Source of the DNA: Candidatus Hydrogenedentes bacterium ADurb.Bin170
Lineage (GTDB): Bacteria > Hydrogenedentota > Hydrogenedentia > Hydrogenedentales > CAITNO01
Direction of reading: 5' to 3'
DNA: 64,000 bases
NCBI GenBank assembly: GCA_002070275.1
Contig: MWCY01000011.1
Coordinates: 19,847-83,846, forward strand
The notes under the pieces were generated by a model, which saw only the letters and a list, made by a program, of their open reading frames with translations, searched no databases and had not been told where the DNA came from. Shown one piece after another: positions 10,248 to 20,153 of the stretch. The position numbers were made by a program, and so were the translations under genes. Position 1 is the stretch's first letter, and the number at the start of each line of letters is the position of its first letter.

Positions 10248-11573
10248 ATGAAACGAGGAATTCCTGTGTCCGAACGTATTTTGTGGCTGAATAGCAGCAC
10301 AGCATCCCATGAAAAGACAATACAGTGCCTGCATGCAGCATCATTTGAGCTGGACATAGCCAAAAGCCATGCTGAAGCGCTGATGCGTTTGCAGGAAGCC
10401 TCCTATCAGGTCTTTATCGCCCAGCAGCACTGTAACGGTCAGGATTGCCTTCCGCTCCTTCGGGAGGTCAGTGTACGGCGCCCAGAAACAGTATGCATAC
10501 TGTTGGGAGCTGCAGCCACTGAAGCGGACAACTGCCCGGGCTCCTTTGTCTTTCTATCCGGTGCCGGAGAGCCCGAACAGCTCCTCGCCGATGTACAGCA
10601 CGCCCTGAAGCAGGCGGGACTGACCCGATGTACCACGCTGGCAGAAGAAGTTGAAAAAACACGAAACGAGCTGCTGCGCACCAGGGAGCGGCTGAATAAT
10701 CTGCTGGACAGCACCATGGATGCTGTTTTCACACTGGGCACCACGCTGGAAATCACTTATGCCAACCGGGGCGCAGTACGCATGCTCGGCTACAACTTTA
10801 ATGAATTTGAAGGGATGGACTTTGAATTACTGCTCCGGGGCGCCGAAGATGAGTCTTCACTGCTCCTGACGCAGCTGGACGACGGCCCTATACAAAATTA
10901 CGAGACAGAGCTCCGCCATCAGGGCGGCCGCTGGGTACCCGTCAGTATTTCCCTGTCCAAAGCGTATGATCATCTGGGGAAGTTCGTATCCCTTCTTGCG
11001 ATCTGCAAAAACATTACACAGCAGAAACAGCTGGAACAGAAGCTGAAGGAAAAAATTGTCACCGACAGCCTCACCGGGCTGTATAACCAGCGTTATTTTT
11101 ATGAGCGTCTGGCGGCGGAAATAGAACGTGCACGGCGGCAGAATCACCCCCTGTCCCTGCTTCTTCTGGACGTGGACGCCTTCAAACAGTATAATGACAG
11201 TCGCGGGCATCTTGAAGGGGACCGGGTTCTCAAGGCAATCGGCGAGGTGATCCGCCAGTGCACCCGTGACTATGTGGACGTGGGCTGCCGTTACGGAGGC
11301 GATGAATTCACGGTGATCCTCCCGGAAACGGATCTGGTTCATGCGAAGAACATTGCCGAGCGCATACGGGTTTCCTTTGAAGCACGGGCTTTTGATCAAT
11401 GTACGCTCAGTATCGGACTGATGACGAACAATAAAACGGCGCCCGACAAAGGGGCGAGTGCGGAATCCTACATCCGTTTTGCGGATGAGATGATGTACGA
11501 AGCGAAGCGGTCGGGCGGAAACCGGGTTTGCATTTACGACGGCAGCCCAAACGTTGCAGGCCCTGATGCATGA
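10248..11573 (+). CDS. diguanylate cyclase with degenerate receiver-like N-domain and PAS domain (REC-PAS-GGDEF)
   Basis: RYGGDEF active site, an LTGLYNQRYF I-site region, and a PAS-like LLDSTMDAVFTL. Confidence 0.85.
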   Translation: MKRGIPVSERILWLNSSTASHEKTIQCLHAASFELDIAKSHAEALMRLQEASYQVFIAQQHCNGQDCLPLLREVSVRRPETVCILLGAAATEADNCPGSFVFLSGAGEPEQLLADVQHALKQAGLTRCTTLAEEVEKTRNELLRTRERLNNLLDSTMDAVFTLGTTLEITYANRGAVRMLGYNFNEFEGMDFELLLRGAEDESSLLLTQLDDGPIQNYETELRHQGGRWVPVSISLSKAYDHLGKFVSLLAICKNITQQKQLEQKLKEKIVTDSLTGLYNQRYFYERLAAEIERARRQNHPLSLLLLDVDAFKQYNDSRGHLEGDRVLKAIGEVIRQCTRDYVDVGCRYGGDEFTVILPETDLVHAKNIAERIRVSFEARAFDQCTLSIGLMTNNKTAPDKGASAESYIRFADEMMYEAKRSGGNRVCIYDGSPNVAGPDA

Positions 11574-11617
11574 CAGTGCCGGCAGAGCCGCAGCGCTTCC
11601 CTAAACATACCGGAGGT

Positions 11618-12433
11618 TTTATGAAATTCGGAATTTGCAACGAAATATTTAAAGAGTGGAACGATCTGGCGCGCACCATCAATTTTGTGAAGGAAACAGG
11701 GTACGACGGTCTCGAAATCGCTCCCTTCACACTGGCGCCCTATGTCACCGACATCCCCGCATCGACGCGGTCGGAAATTGTACGGCTGGCAGCGGCCGCC
11801 GATCTTGATATTCTGGGGATTCATTGGGTTTTTGTCGGCCCGGAGGGTGTTTTTCTCACCCATCCCGACGCTGAAGTCCGCCGTTTTACCACACAGTATC
11901 TCATTGATCTGGTCAATTTCTGCGGAGATGTGGGCGGAAAAGTGCTGATTTTCGGCTCACCCAAGCAGCGCAATGTAGGCCGGGATGTTACTTACAACCA
12001 GGCCTTCGATTACGCCCGCGAAATTTTCGAAGCTGCCATGCCCGCCTGTGAAGCGCGTGACGTTACAATCTGCATGGAACAGCTGACCCACTGGGAAACC
12101 AATTTCTGCCACACGCCCGAGCAGACGGTAGAGCTCATCGATGCGGTGAATCATCCCCATTTTCAGCTGCTTCTGGACACCAAAGCCATGTCCTATCTGG
12201 AAGAGGATCGGGCGACACTGATCCGGAAATACGGGAAATACCTGCGTCATTACCATGCGAACGACACAAATTTCCACGGGCCGGGCTGGGGCGAGGTCGA
12301 CTTCGCTCCTATCTTCGATGCGCTCAGAGACATTAATTACGACCGTTATGTGTCTGTGGAAGTATTTCGTTTTGAGGCGGGGCCGGAAGCGATCGCCCAA
12401 AAGAGTCTGGAATATATGAAGCAGTTTGTCTGA
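11618..12433 (+). CDS. sugar phosphate isomerase/epimerase (xylose isomerase-like TIM barrel)
   Basis: GGAGG RBS. MKFGICNEIFKEW...GYDGLEIAPF...GIHWV is the family signature. Confidence 0.75.
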   Translation, partial: FMKFGICNEIFKEWNDLARTINFVKETGYDGLEIAPFTLAPYVTDIPASTRSEIVRLAAAADLDILGIHWVFVGPEGVFLTHPDAEVRRFTTQYLIDLVNFCGDVGGKVLIFGSPKQRNVGRDVTYNQAFDYAREIFEAAMPACEARDVTICMEQLTHWETNFCHTPEQTVELIDAVNHPHFQLLLDTKAMSYLEEDRATLIRKYGKYLRHYHANDTNFHGPGWGEVDFAPIFDALRDINYDRYVSVEVFRFEAGPEAIAQKSLEYMKQFV

Positions 12434-12576
12434 TCCCCCTTCAGGTGATACACTGCTGCAATCTTCGGGAGTGCGTGGATATAAACCGGGACACTCTTCT
12501 GCCAAGGCAGAAACGGCTCTCCCGTAAATCAACTCATTTTTCAGCGGGCAACTTTTTCCCGCTGCAGGAGCATTTC

Positions 12577-13623
12577 ATGAAAAACAAACTTGTTATCGGT
12601 ATGCCTGCCGGATCGCTGGCAGATGTCAATCGGGGCGGTAATCTTGTTACTCTGCTTAAAGCGGCCGGCTTTCCCACGCAAGGATACGAAAAAGGCGGGC
12701 CTACCACCTTCCCGCTCCATTCCATGCTTTTCGGCTGGGACGGACGCCCTCAGGAATTCGGCGCGCAGCTGGCGCTGCATGAAGTCGACATTGCCATCGG
12801 CGGCGATGACTGGATTGCCGAACGGCTTCTGGAATACAAGCACGAATACGGGAAAAACATCACGCTTTCCAAAGCACTGTCGCTGGGCCGGGGCAAAGTA
12901 CGGCTTGTCATTATCAACGCTCCCCGTCCGGAAGGGCAGAGTTTTGATGCCTGGCTGACACAACTGCTGACAGAGCAGAAGATAATCCGTGCCGTTTCGG
13001 AAATGCCCTATCTCTTCATTCAATGGTTTCAGAAGAAACGCGCGGCACTGGGCTTTGGTGAGGAATGGGACTGCTACTCCATTCAAAAATACAATACGCC
13101 TCCGAAGATCGAAAAGGGGCTGGTCGTTTATGAATCGTGGGGAAAGACCGAGGCGAAAGTACTCCACGGCAGTGTTGATTTCGGGCTGGAAATCACCCAG
13201 ACCGGCAGCGCCATCCGGAATTACGGGCTGGAAATCAGTGAAGAAATCATGCAGTCCGAAGCAGGCGTCTGGGCGGCGGAAGGGTTGAAAAATGATCCGG
13301 AAAAATATGAACTTGCACGTATGTTTCTGCTGAATCTTTACGGCGCTGTTTTTGCCGAAAACAAAGTGCTGGTTTTGTTCAATGCCCGCAAAGATCAGGT
13401 GCCCGCCATCATTGACTATCTGGATAAACACCGCCTTTTCGGCGATGAGCCCACGATGAACGAAGGCATTAATTTTACTGAATTCAACATTCAGGTGCGT
13501 ACCGCTGATCCCGCACTGCCTCTTGCACAGGTGCGTTATGACCTTGCCCGGCTCGGCGCGACCCATATTGAGACCCTTCCGCTGGATTCCTGTATTCCGG
13601 AGCTCAGCGTCATCGATTTTTAA
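12577..13623 (+). CDS. HisG-like ATP phosphoribosyltransferase family protein (long, with insertions)
   Basis: LVIGMPAGSLADV...LLKAAGF and DFGLEITQTGSAIRNYGLEI resemble HisG (DLVSTGATLEANGL). Not in a his operon. Confidence 0.45.
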   Translation: MKNKLVIGMPAGSLADVNRGGNLVTLLKAAGFPTQGYEKGGPTTFPLHSMLFGWDGRPQEFGAQLALHEVDIAIGGDDWIAERLLEYKHEYGKNITLSKALSLGRGKVRLVIINAPRPEGQSFDAWLTQLLTEQKIIRAVSEMPYLFIQWFQKKRAALGFGEEWDCYSIQKYNTPPKIEKGLVVYESWGKTEAKVLHGSVDFGLEITQTGSAIRNYGLEISEEIMQSEAGVWAAEGLKNDPEKYELARMFLLNLYGAVFAENKVLVLFNARKDQVPAIIDYLDKHRLFGDEPTMNEGINFTEFNIQVRTADPALPLAQVRYDLARLGATHIETLPLDSCIPELSVIDF

Positions 13624-13706
13624 AGGACAGCTTTTTACAGCATCAGCAGGCTGTCCGCCTACAACCCTGCAGCACCGCTGCATGGATGAGCCGACAGGAG
13701 TGTGCC

Positions 13707-15896
13707 ATGAAAACGCGTCTCTTTGCCACAGCGCTCTTTCTCTGCCTGCTGCTGCTTCCGTTGCAGCTTTTCGCCGACGACACGCTGGAATGTATTTCCG
13801 GCGACCTTGCCCTTACCTTTCATCAGGGCTCCGGCGGCATCCGGATTACCCGTCTGCAGGACCTGGGCAAGGACAGAAATCTTCTGGCGGCATTGTGCCG
13901 GCCCCTCTTTGTGCTTGTTGTCTGCGATCAGGACGGAAAAGAGACACATGTCCCCTCCACAGACGGATGGGAACGGGTCGGCATGGAAGCGACGGATGGA
14001 GGCGCCCTGCTCCGGTGGGAGGGCTATCCCGGTGCGAATCTCAGCACCTTTACTGTGGAAGTGCGGCTCTATGCCCGCCCCGAAGAAAGCGCCTGGGAAT
14101 GGCACATTGCCACAGCCGGGGCACTCAATACAACACGGCTGGAAGATGTCGTTTTTCCGCAGATAACCCTCCACGAATCCATCTGTGACGGGGGCATCCT
14201 CTATCCGGACGGGCCCGGTGCGCTGATTCAATATCATTGGGATGCGGACATGCAGAAATGGCAGCGCTACGGCGGCGGCTGGGGCAGCATGCAGTTTATG
14301 AGCACCTTTTCCAGGTGGTCGCCCGAACAGAACCAGTCCGGTTTCTATTTTGCCATGCATGATCCACAGGGATCGGCAAAAGAAATCGTTGCCCAGTCGA
14401 AAGCGAAAGAGCGGACAGTCAGCCTCTTTTTCGAACATCCCATACCCGATACAACCCGAACCAATAATTACAGCCTTCCGGGCAAAGCCGTGTGGCGGCT
14501 CTTCCGGGGCGACTGGTTCGATGCGGCGCAGTATTACAAAAACTGGGTGCAAAAGAATGCGCTGTGGATGCCCCGGCTCGGCAGAGAAGGGCGGGAAGAT
14601 ACGCCTCTTTGGATGCGTGAGCTCTGCGTATGGGCACAGACGGGAGGCACACCGGAAGAAGTGACGGAGCGCGTCAAGTCTTTTGCCGACTACCTCGATG
14701 TGCCCGTAGGCTTTCACTGGTACAACTGGCATGAAATCCCCTTCGACAATGATTATCCTCATTATTTCCCTGCCAAAGAGGGATTTGCCGAGGCGGTGCA
14801 GGCCCTGCAGGCAGCCAATGTATACGTTATGCCCTACATCAACGGACGGCTCTGGGATACGCACGACTGCGGTGCGGAAGACTGCTCCTTCACTTCGCTT
14901 GCTCTGCCCGCTGTGACCAAAGAAGAAGATGGCGCGCCTTATATCGAAAAATACGGCAGCCGGGAAAGCGACGGATCCGAAGTTGCGCTGGGGGTCATGT
15001 GCCCCGCCACACCGCTGTGGCAGAATAAAGTGAAGGAAATCGTGCTGCGCCTGCAGAAAGAGTGCGGCGTGAAGGGCGTGTATATTGATCAGATTGCCGC
15101 AGCGACGCCTGCCCTGTGCATGGATCCGTCCCACGGCCATCCTCTTGCGGGTGGCTCCTGGTGGAACCTGAGTTACTGGAACATGCTGGATCGGATCCGC
15201 CGGGAAATGCCGGAAGGGCATGTGATCACTACGGAGTGCAACGGCGAACCCTATATCAACCGCTTCGACGGATATCTCAGCTGGCACTGGCAGACCGATG
15301 GGCAGCTACCCGTTTTTCCGGCGATCTACGGCGGTACGATTCAATGCTTCGGCAGGTCCTATGGCGGCGGTGAGACGGCAAGTCTCGCCCTCCGAATGAA
15401 GGCGGCGCAGCAGCTGGTCTTCGGCGAACAGATCGGATGGATCAATCCTGATCTGGCAATAGCGGAAGAAAACGCCGCCTTTTTCAAACAGATCGTGCAG
15501 CTGCGCTGGCTGCTGCGCCGGTATTTTTATGCAGGCGAAATGCTGCGGCCGCCCGTGACCGGCGGCACTATACCGCAGGTGCGCGCCGACTGGCAGTGGC
15601 ATGGAGAGCATCCGGTCATTACCGATGCGCTGCTTACGGGCGCCTGGCAGATAGCCGGAGAAACGAGGACGGCACTGCTCTTTGCCAATGTGTCCGATGA
15701 ACCGATAGAAGCGCCCATCGTACTCAGAAACACCGGTACAGACGGCGCATCCCTTGCCCGGACAGTGCTCACAGATAAAAGCACGGCACCCGTTCCGGAC
15801 TGCATCACTTCAGGAGAGCCGGTCATGATCACGCTGCCGCCCCGAAAGGCTCTCGCCTGGGAGTTTGGCGAAGCGATCCGTTACAGCCCCCATTAA
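13707..15896 (+). CDS. secreted hypothetical protein, possibly glycoside-hydrolase-like
   Basis: Signal peptide MKTRLFATALFLCLLLLPLQLFA. ~730 aa, rich in W/Y/D/E. No family recognised with confidence. Confidence 0.65.
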   Translation: MKTRLFATALFLCLLLLPLQLFADDTLECISGDLALTFHQGSGGIRITRLQDLGKDRNLLAALCRPLFVLVVCDQDGKETHVPSTDGWERVGMEATDGGALLRWEGYPGANLSTFTVEVRLYARPEESAWEWHIATAGALNTTRLEDVVFPQITLHESICDGGILYPDGPGALIQYHWDADMQKWQRYGGGWGSMQFMSTFSRWSPEQNQSGFYFAMHDPQGSAKEIVAQSKAKERTVSLFFEHPIPDTTRTNNYSLPGKAVWRLFRGDWFDAAQYYKNWVQKNALWMPRLGREGREDTPLWMRELCVWAQTGGTPEEVTERVKSFADYLDVPVGFHWYNWHEIPFDNDYPHYFPAKEGFAEAVQALQAANVYVMPYINGRLWDTHDCGAEDCSFTSLALPAVTKEEDGAPYIEKYGSRESDGSEVALGVMCPATPLWQNKVKEIVLRLQKECGVKGVYIDQIAAATPALCMDPSHGHPLAGGSWWNLSYWNMLDRIRREMPEGHVITTECNGEPYINRFDGYLSWHWQTDGQLPVFPAIYGGTIQCFGRSYGGGETASLALRMKAAQQLVFGEQIGWINPDLAIAEENAAFFKQIVQLRWLLRRYFYAGEMLRPPVTGGTIPQVRADWQWHGEHPVITDALLTGAWQIAGETRTALLFANVSDEPIEAPIVLRNTGTDGASLARTVLTDKSTAPVPDCITSGEPVMITLPPRKALAWEFGEAIRYSPH

Positions 15897-15932
15897 AATA
15901 AAAAAGCGCCTCCCGGAAACTCCGGGAGACGC
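15894..15932 (-). terminator. rho-independent terminator for the H-X9-DG gene (hairpin ctcccggaaactccgggag plus U-run on the minus strand)
   Basis: A GC-rich inverted repeat directly flanked by A11 on the plus strand. Confidence 0.7.
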
Positions 15933-15961
15933 CGCTTGTCCGCAGAGAGAAAAAAACTGGC

Positions 15962-16957
<996 letters not shown>

Positions 16958-17205
16958 AAGACATTACTCCTTGGGTTTGGTTAAAAGGAACACACAAAAA
17001 TAAGACATCTTTTGTGATTATAAAGGTTCTCTGGAACAAAAGCAAATTTTTTCGAGCTAAGAAAAGTGCCTGTACAGGACAGACCTTATTTGCACTTTAA
17101 CCGGGTATAAAAAAAATCTAGACAGACCTGTTTCCGCCTTATGAGATGTTCTATAAAGTCCCTTTTATACACTGTTTGTGCGCATTTTCGGGATCATTTG
17201 CCAGC

Positions 17206-17243
17206 AGAAACAAAAAGCGCCCCTCCGCACGGGGAGAGGCGCC
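17206..17243 (-). terminator. rho-independent terminator (gcgcccctccgcacggggagaggcgc plus U-run on the minus strand)
   Basis: Perfect 10-bp stem with a 5-nt loop, followed by TTTTTG on the minus strand. Confidence 0.65.
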
Positions 17244-17272
17244 GGACAAAACGGAATAACAGATTCTGCTTA

Positions 17273-17395
17273 CAGACCGGTCAGAAGCCCTACCAGTATA
17301 GCCATGAGGCTGTTGACGGGACCGTCACCTTTTTCTTCATAGCGCTGGAAGGCAACGTGGCCATCCATGTAGAGCACATTGGAACCGCCGGGCAC
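17273..17395 (-). pseudogene. C-terminal remnant (~41 codons) of a second H-X9-DG/DUF1559 paralog
   Basis: [41 protein letters not shown] aligns with the C-terminus of the 15962..16957 protein. No N-terminal pilin-like part lies upstream. Confidence 0.6.
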
Positions 17396-18329
17396 GGAGC
17401 TGGATCTTACGCAGAGTCCTGCAGAGCGTTTTGCGCCTTTGTTCACGATCACCTTTTTTGAAAAAGACACCTCAGTCACTCCGCCTATGCCCGGAAATGT
17501 TGTCGCAGAGATGGACGTGTCGGTTAATAAGGTAAACACGGGGTTATTATATCTGAGCCCGATCACTTATCAGTTTGAAATACCCATGTACCGTTATTCT
17601 TATACCCTTCCCACGCCCCTGAACTTGCCGGAAGGCTATATTCGTATCCGTGGCAAGCTGGCAGGGAGCGTGGATCCCTCCGATCCCACCAACCCGAATA
17701 AGGCACGTGCCTTTGTGCAGGTTTCCTCGCCCGACGGCAACCAGGACCTTCGCGAATATAACGGACAAGATATGCCCTATAAAGAAAGAATTGACCCTGC
17801 AAAACAATATGACGTAGCCATGTGCCTGCTTCCCGCTCTTGAAGAAGTGCCGGACATTACCGGTCTTGATTTTGCCGCTGCTGAAGCCGCTCTTCAGGCA
17901 GCGGGCTTTGTAGTAGGTACCGTCACCTATGATTACAGCGGTGCGGCTCCAGCAGGTCAGATAATCAATCAGGATCCTGCCGCCGGATTGGAACTGCCTG
18001 CCGGCAGCACAATCAATCTGGTGGTTGCAGCGGAGCCCTCAATCGTTCCCAATGTTGTCGGCAAGACTGAGGCAGAAGCCGCCGACCTCCTCGCAGCCGC
18101 CGGGCTGGTTGTCGGCAGTGTTTCTCAGGTGTACAGCGATACGGCCCCTGCAGGTCAGGTGCTTCAGCAGAGCGTAGCCCCGGGCTCTTCTGTTGCCCCC
18201 GGTACTGCCGTGAATCTGGTTCTTTCACGGGGTAAAGAAACTACCGTTCCTGCAGCCGGTGCGGTCGCCCTGGTTGCTCTGTCTGCCGCTCTGGCGGGCA
18301 TCGGTCTGGCACGGTCACGCCGCAAATAA
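17379..18329 (+). CDS. PASTA-domain repeat protein with C-terminal hydrophobic anchor + basic tail (start uncertain; TTG at 17379 or ATG at 17487)
   Basis: Two PASTA-like units (VPDITGLDFAAAEAALQAAGFVVGTVTY...; VPNVVGKTEAEAADLLAAAGLVVGSVSQ...). C-terminal tail AAGAVALVALSAALAGIGLARSRRK. Confidence 0.55.
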   Translation: MEPPGTELDLTQSPAERFAPLFTITFFEKDTSVTPPMPGNVVAEMDVSVNKVNTGLLYLSPITYQFEIPMYRYSYTLPTPLNLPEGYIRIRGKLAGSVDPSDPTNPNKARAFVQVSSPDGNQDLREYNGQDMPYKERIDPAKQYDVAMCLLPALEEVPDITGLDFAAAEAALQAAGFVVGTVTYDYSGAAPAGQIINQDPAAGLELPAGSTINLVVAAEPSIVPNVVGKTEAEAADLLAAAGLVVGSVSQVYSDTAPAGQVLQQSVAPGSSVAPGTAVNLVLSRGKETTVPAAGAVALVALSAALAGIGLARSRRK

Positions 18330-18439
18330 AAGACATTTACGATAGAGTCAGCAGACCTGTCTTTCTTTGATCGAGAACAGCCCGGATCAGGGTGAAGCGA
18401 AAACACTTCGCCCGGATCCGGTGCTTCGAAAAATGAGCT

Positions 18440-18493
18440 CCGGCATGTATAGGTGCGCACGTGACACCATATGCCTGCCGGGGCCTTTTTTTC
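18440..18493 (+). terminator. possible intrinsic terminator downstream of the PASTA gene
   Basis: Imperfect hairpin ccggcatgtat...atgcctgccgg followed by ggccTTTTTTT. Confidence 0.35.
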
Positions 18494-18703
18494 AGATGTA
18501 CCCGAGGCACCGGGATGCACCGGGGCTTCGTATAAAAAGAACGGCATGGAACCGTTTGTGGGGCGCACACTCCTGCTCCGGGAAATAAAAGAGCCTTCGC
18601 CGGCGTTTTCCGGCATAACTGCACTGAATGCGTGTTTATCCGGTCTGTTCTTCGAACGGGAGGCAGACCGCAACCCTCATCTCAAAAAATAAGGAGTATC
18701 TCC

Positions 18704-19297
18704 ATGGCATTGGAAGTCACCAAAACAGCACCTGATTTTACGGCAACAGCAGTCATGCCCGACAACACCTTCAATGAGAAGTTTCGGCTCGCCAATTACC
18801 TTGGCAAGTATGTGGTTCTTTTCTTCTATCCGCTGGACTTTACCTTTGTATGTCCCTCTGAAATCATCGCTTTTGATAAAAAGCTGAAGGAATTCAAAGA
18901 GCGGAACTGTGAAGTGATCGGCGTTTCCGTAGACTCCCATTACTCTCACTGGGCGTGGAAAAACACCCCGGTGGACAAAGGCGGTATCGGCAATATCCAG
19001 TATCCGCTGGTCTCCGATCTGACCAAGCAGATTGCCCGCGACTACGGCGTGCTCTTCGATGAGTCAGTAGCACTGCGCGGACTGTTCCTCATTGATAAAG
19101 AGGGCATCGTCCGGCACGCCCTGATCAACGACCTGCCTCTGGGCCGCAGCGTGGACGAAGCGATCCGGGTGCTGGATGCGCTGCAGTTCCATGAAGAAAA
19201 CGGCGAGGTCTGCCCCGCCAACTGGCGCAAAGGGGAAGAAGGCATGAAAGCCACGGCCGATGGCGTCGCCAGCTATCTCGGAAAGCACGCCAAATAA
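18704..19297 (+). CDS. 2-Cys peroxiredoxin (AhpC/Tsa family)
   Basis: AAGGAG RBS. Peroxidatic Cys motif FTFVCPSEI and resolving Cys GEVCPANW. Confidence 0.9.
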   Translation: MALEVTKTAPDFTATAVMPDNTFNEKFRLANYLGKYVVLFFYPLDFTFVCPSEIIAFDKKLKEFKERNCEVIGVSVDSHYSHWAWKNTPVDKGGIGNIQYPLVSDLTKQIARDYGVLFDESVALRGLFLIDKEGIVRHALINDLPLGRSVDEAIRVLDALQFHEENGEVCPANWRKGEEGMKATADGVASYLGKHAK

Positions 19298-19320
19298 AAA
19301 CGACACCTCCGGTTTTTCAA

Positions 19321-19350
19321 CGCCCGCTGTATCAATGGCGGGCGTTTTTT
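19321..19350. terminator. bidirectional rho-independent terminator between the convergent prx and activase genes
   Basis: cgcccgctgtatcaatggcgggcg plus TTTTTT; an A-run lies on the other side. Confidence 0.7.
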
Positions 19351-20152
19351 ATTGCCCGCCGGAGGAAAGCACGCTGTCTTTTGCAAAAAGAGCGGCACCG
19401 AGGGCACCTGCCAGCTGTGGCTGCCCGGGAAGGAGCAGCGGCTCACCCAGCAGTTCCTCCAGCGCATGCACAACACCGGGGTTCCGGGCAACACCGCCCG
19501 TCATAATGGTGGGCCCTGTCATGCGGACACGGGAAGCAAGCCCGAAAACGCGCGAAGCAATGGAGCGGCACAGCCCGGCAGCAATATTATTCACAGGCTG
19601 GTTCTGCGCCAGCCAGGAAATCACTTCGCTCTCGGCAAAAACAGTGCAGGTAGAGGAAATGGCAACAGGCGCATCCGCCGCCAGTGCACGGCCTCCGAAT
19701 TGATCCAGTTCTATTTCGAGGAGCCGTGCCATGACTTCCAGAAATCGGCCTGTACCGGCGGCGCATTTGTCGTTCATTTCAAAACGGAGCACCCTCCCGC
19801 CCTCATCCAGTGCAATGGCTTTCGAGTCCTGCCCGCCGATATCAATTACCGAGCGCGCCTCAGGGTAAAAGAAGCGGGCACCCCGGGCATGGCATGTAAT
19901 TTCCGTTACCGACCGTATGCGCCCTTCCACACGATCCCGCCCGTACCCGGTTGCAATGAGTCCGCGGCAGTATTGGGCGTGCAAACCGGCACTGTCCACC
20001 GCCTGATCCAGCGCACGGCGGAAAGAATCGGCCAGCACGCCGCTGGTCGGCAGTACCGCCTGAGACAGGATCTGATCTGCTTCGTCAAGAAGCACCACCT
20101 TGACAGCGGCACTGCCCACATCGACCCCGGCAAAAAAAGTATGTGTATTCAT
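19349..20152 (-). CDS. BadF/BadG/BcrA/BcrD-type ATPase (CoA-substrate-specific enzyme activase / HgdC-like)
   Basis: FAGVDVGSAAVKVV and IDIGGQDSKAIAL (ASKHA fold), with a Cys pair for a bridging [4Fe-4S]. Confidence 0.8.
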   Translation of the reverse strand: MNTHTFFAGVDVGSAAVKVVLLDEADQILSQAVLPTSGVLADSFRRALDQAVDSAGLHAQYCRGLIATGYGRDRVEGRIRSVTEITCHARGARFFYPEARSVIDIGGQDSKAIALDEGGRVLRFEMNDKCAAGTGRFLEVMARLLEIELDQFGGRALAADAPVAISSTCTVFAESEVISWLAQNQPVNNIAAGLCRSIASRVFGLASRVRMTGPTIMTGGVARNPGVVHALEELLGEPLLLPGQPQLAGALGAALFAKDSVLSSGGQ

Positions 20153-20153
20153 G

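Noticed and set aside
13624-13706. Inverted repeat aggacagc…gctgtcc after the HisG-like gene as a terminator
   Set aside because: Its loop is 18 nt and no T-run follows. More likely it is an incidental repeat within the short spacer or 5' leader of the next gene.
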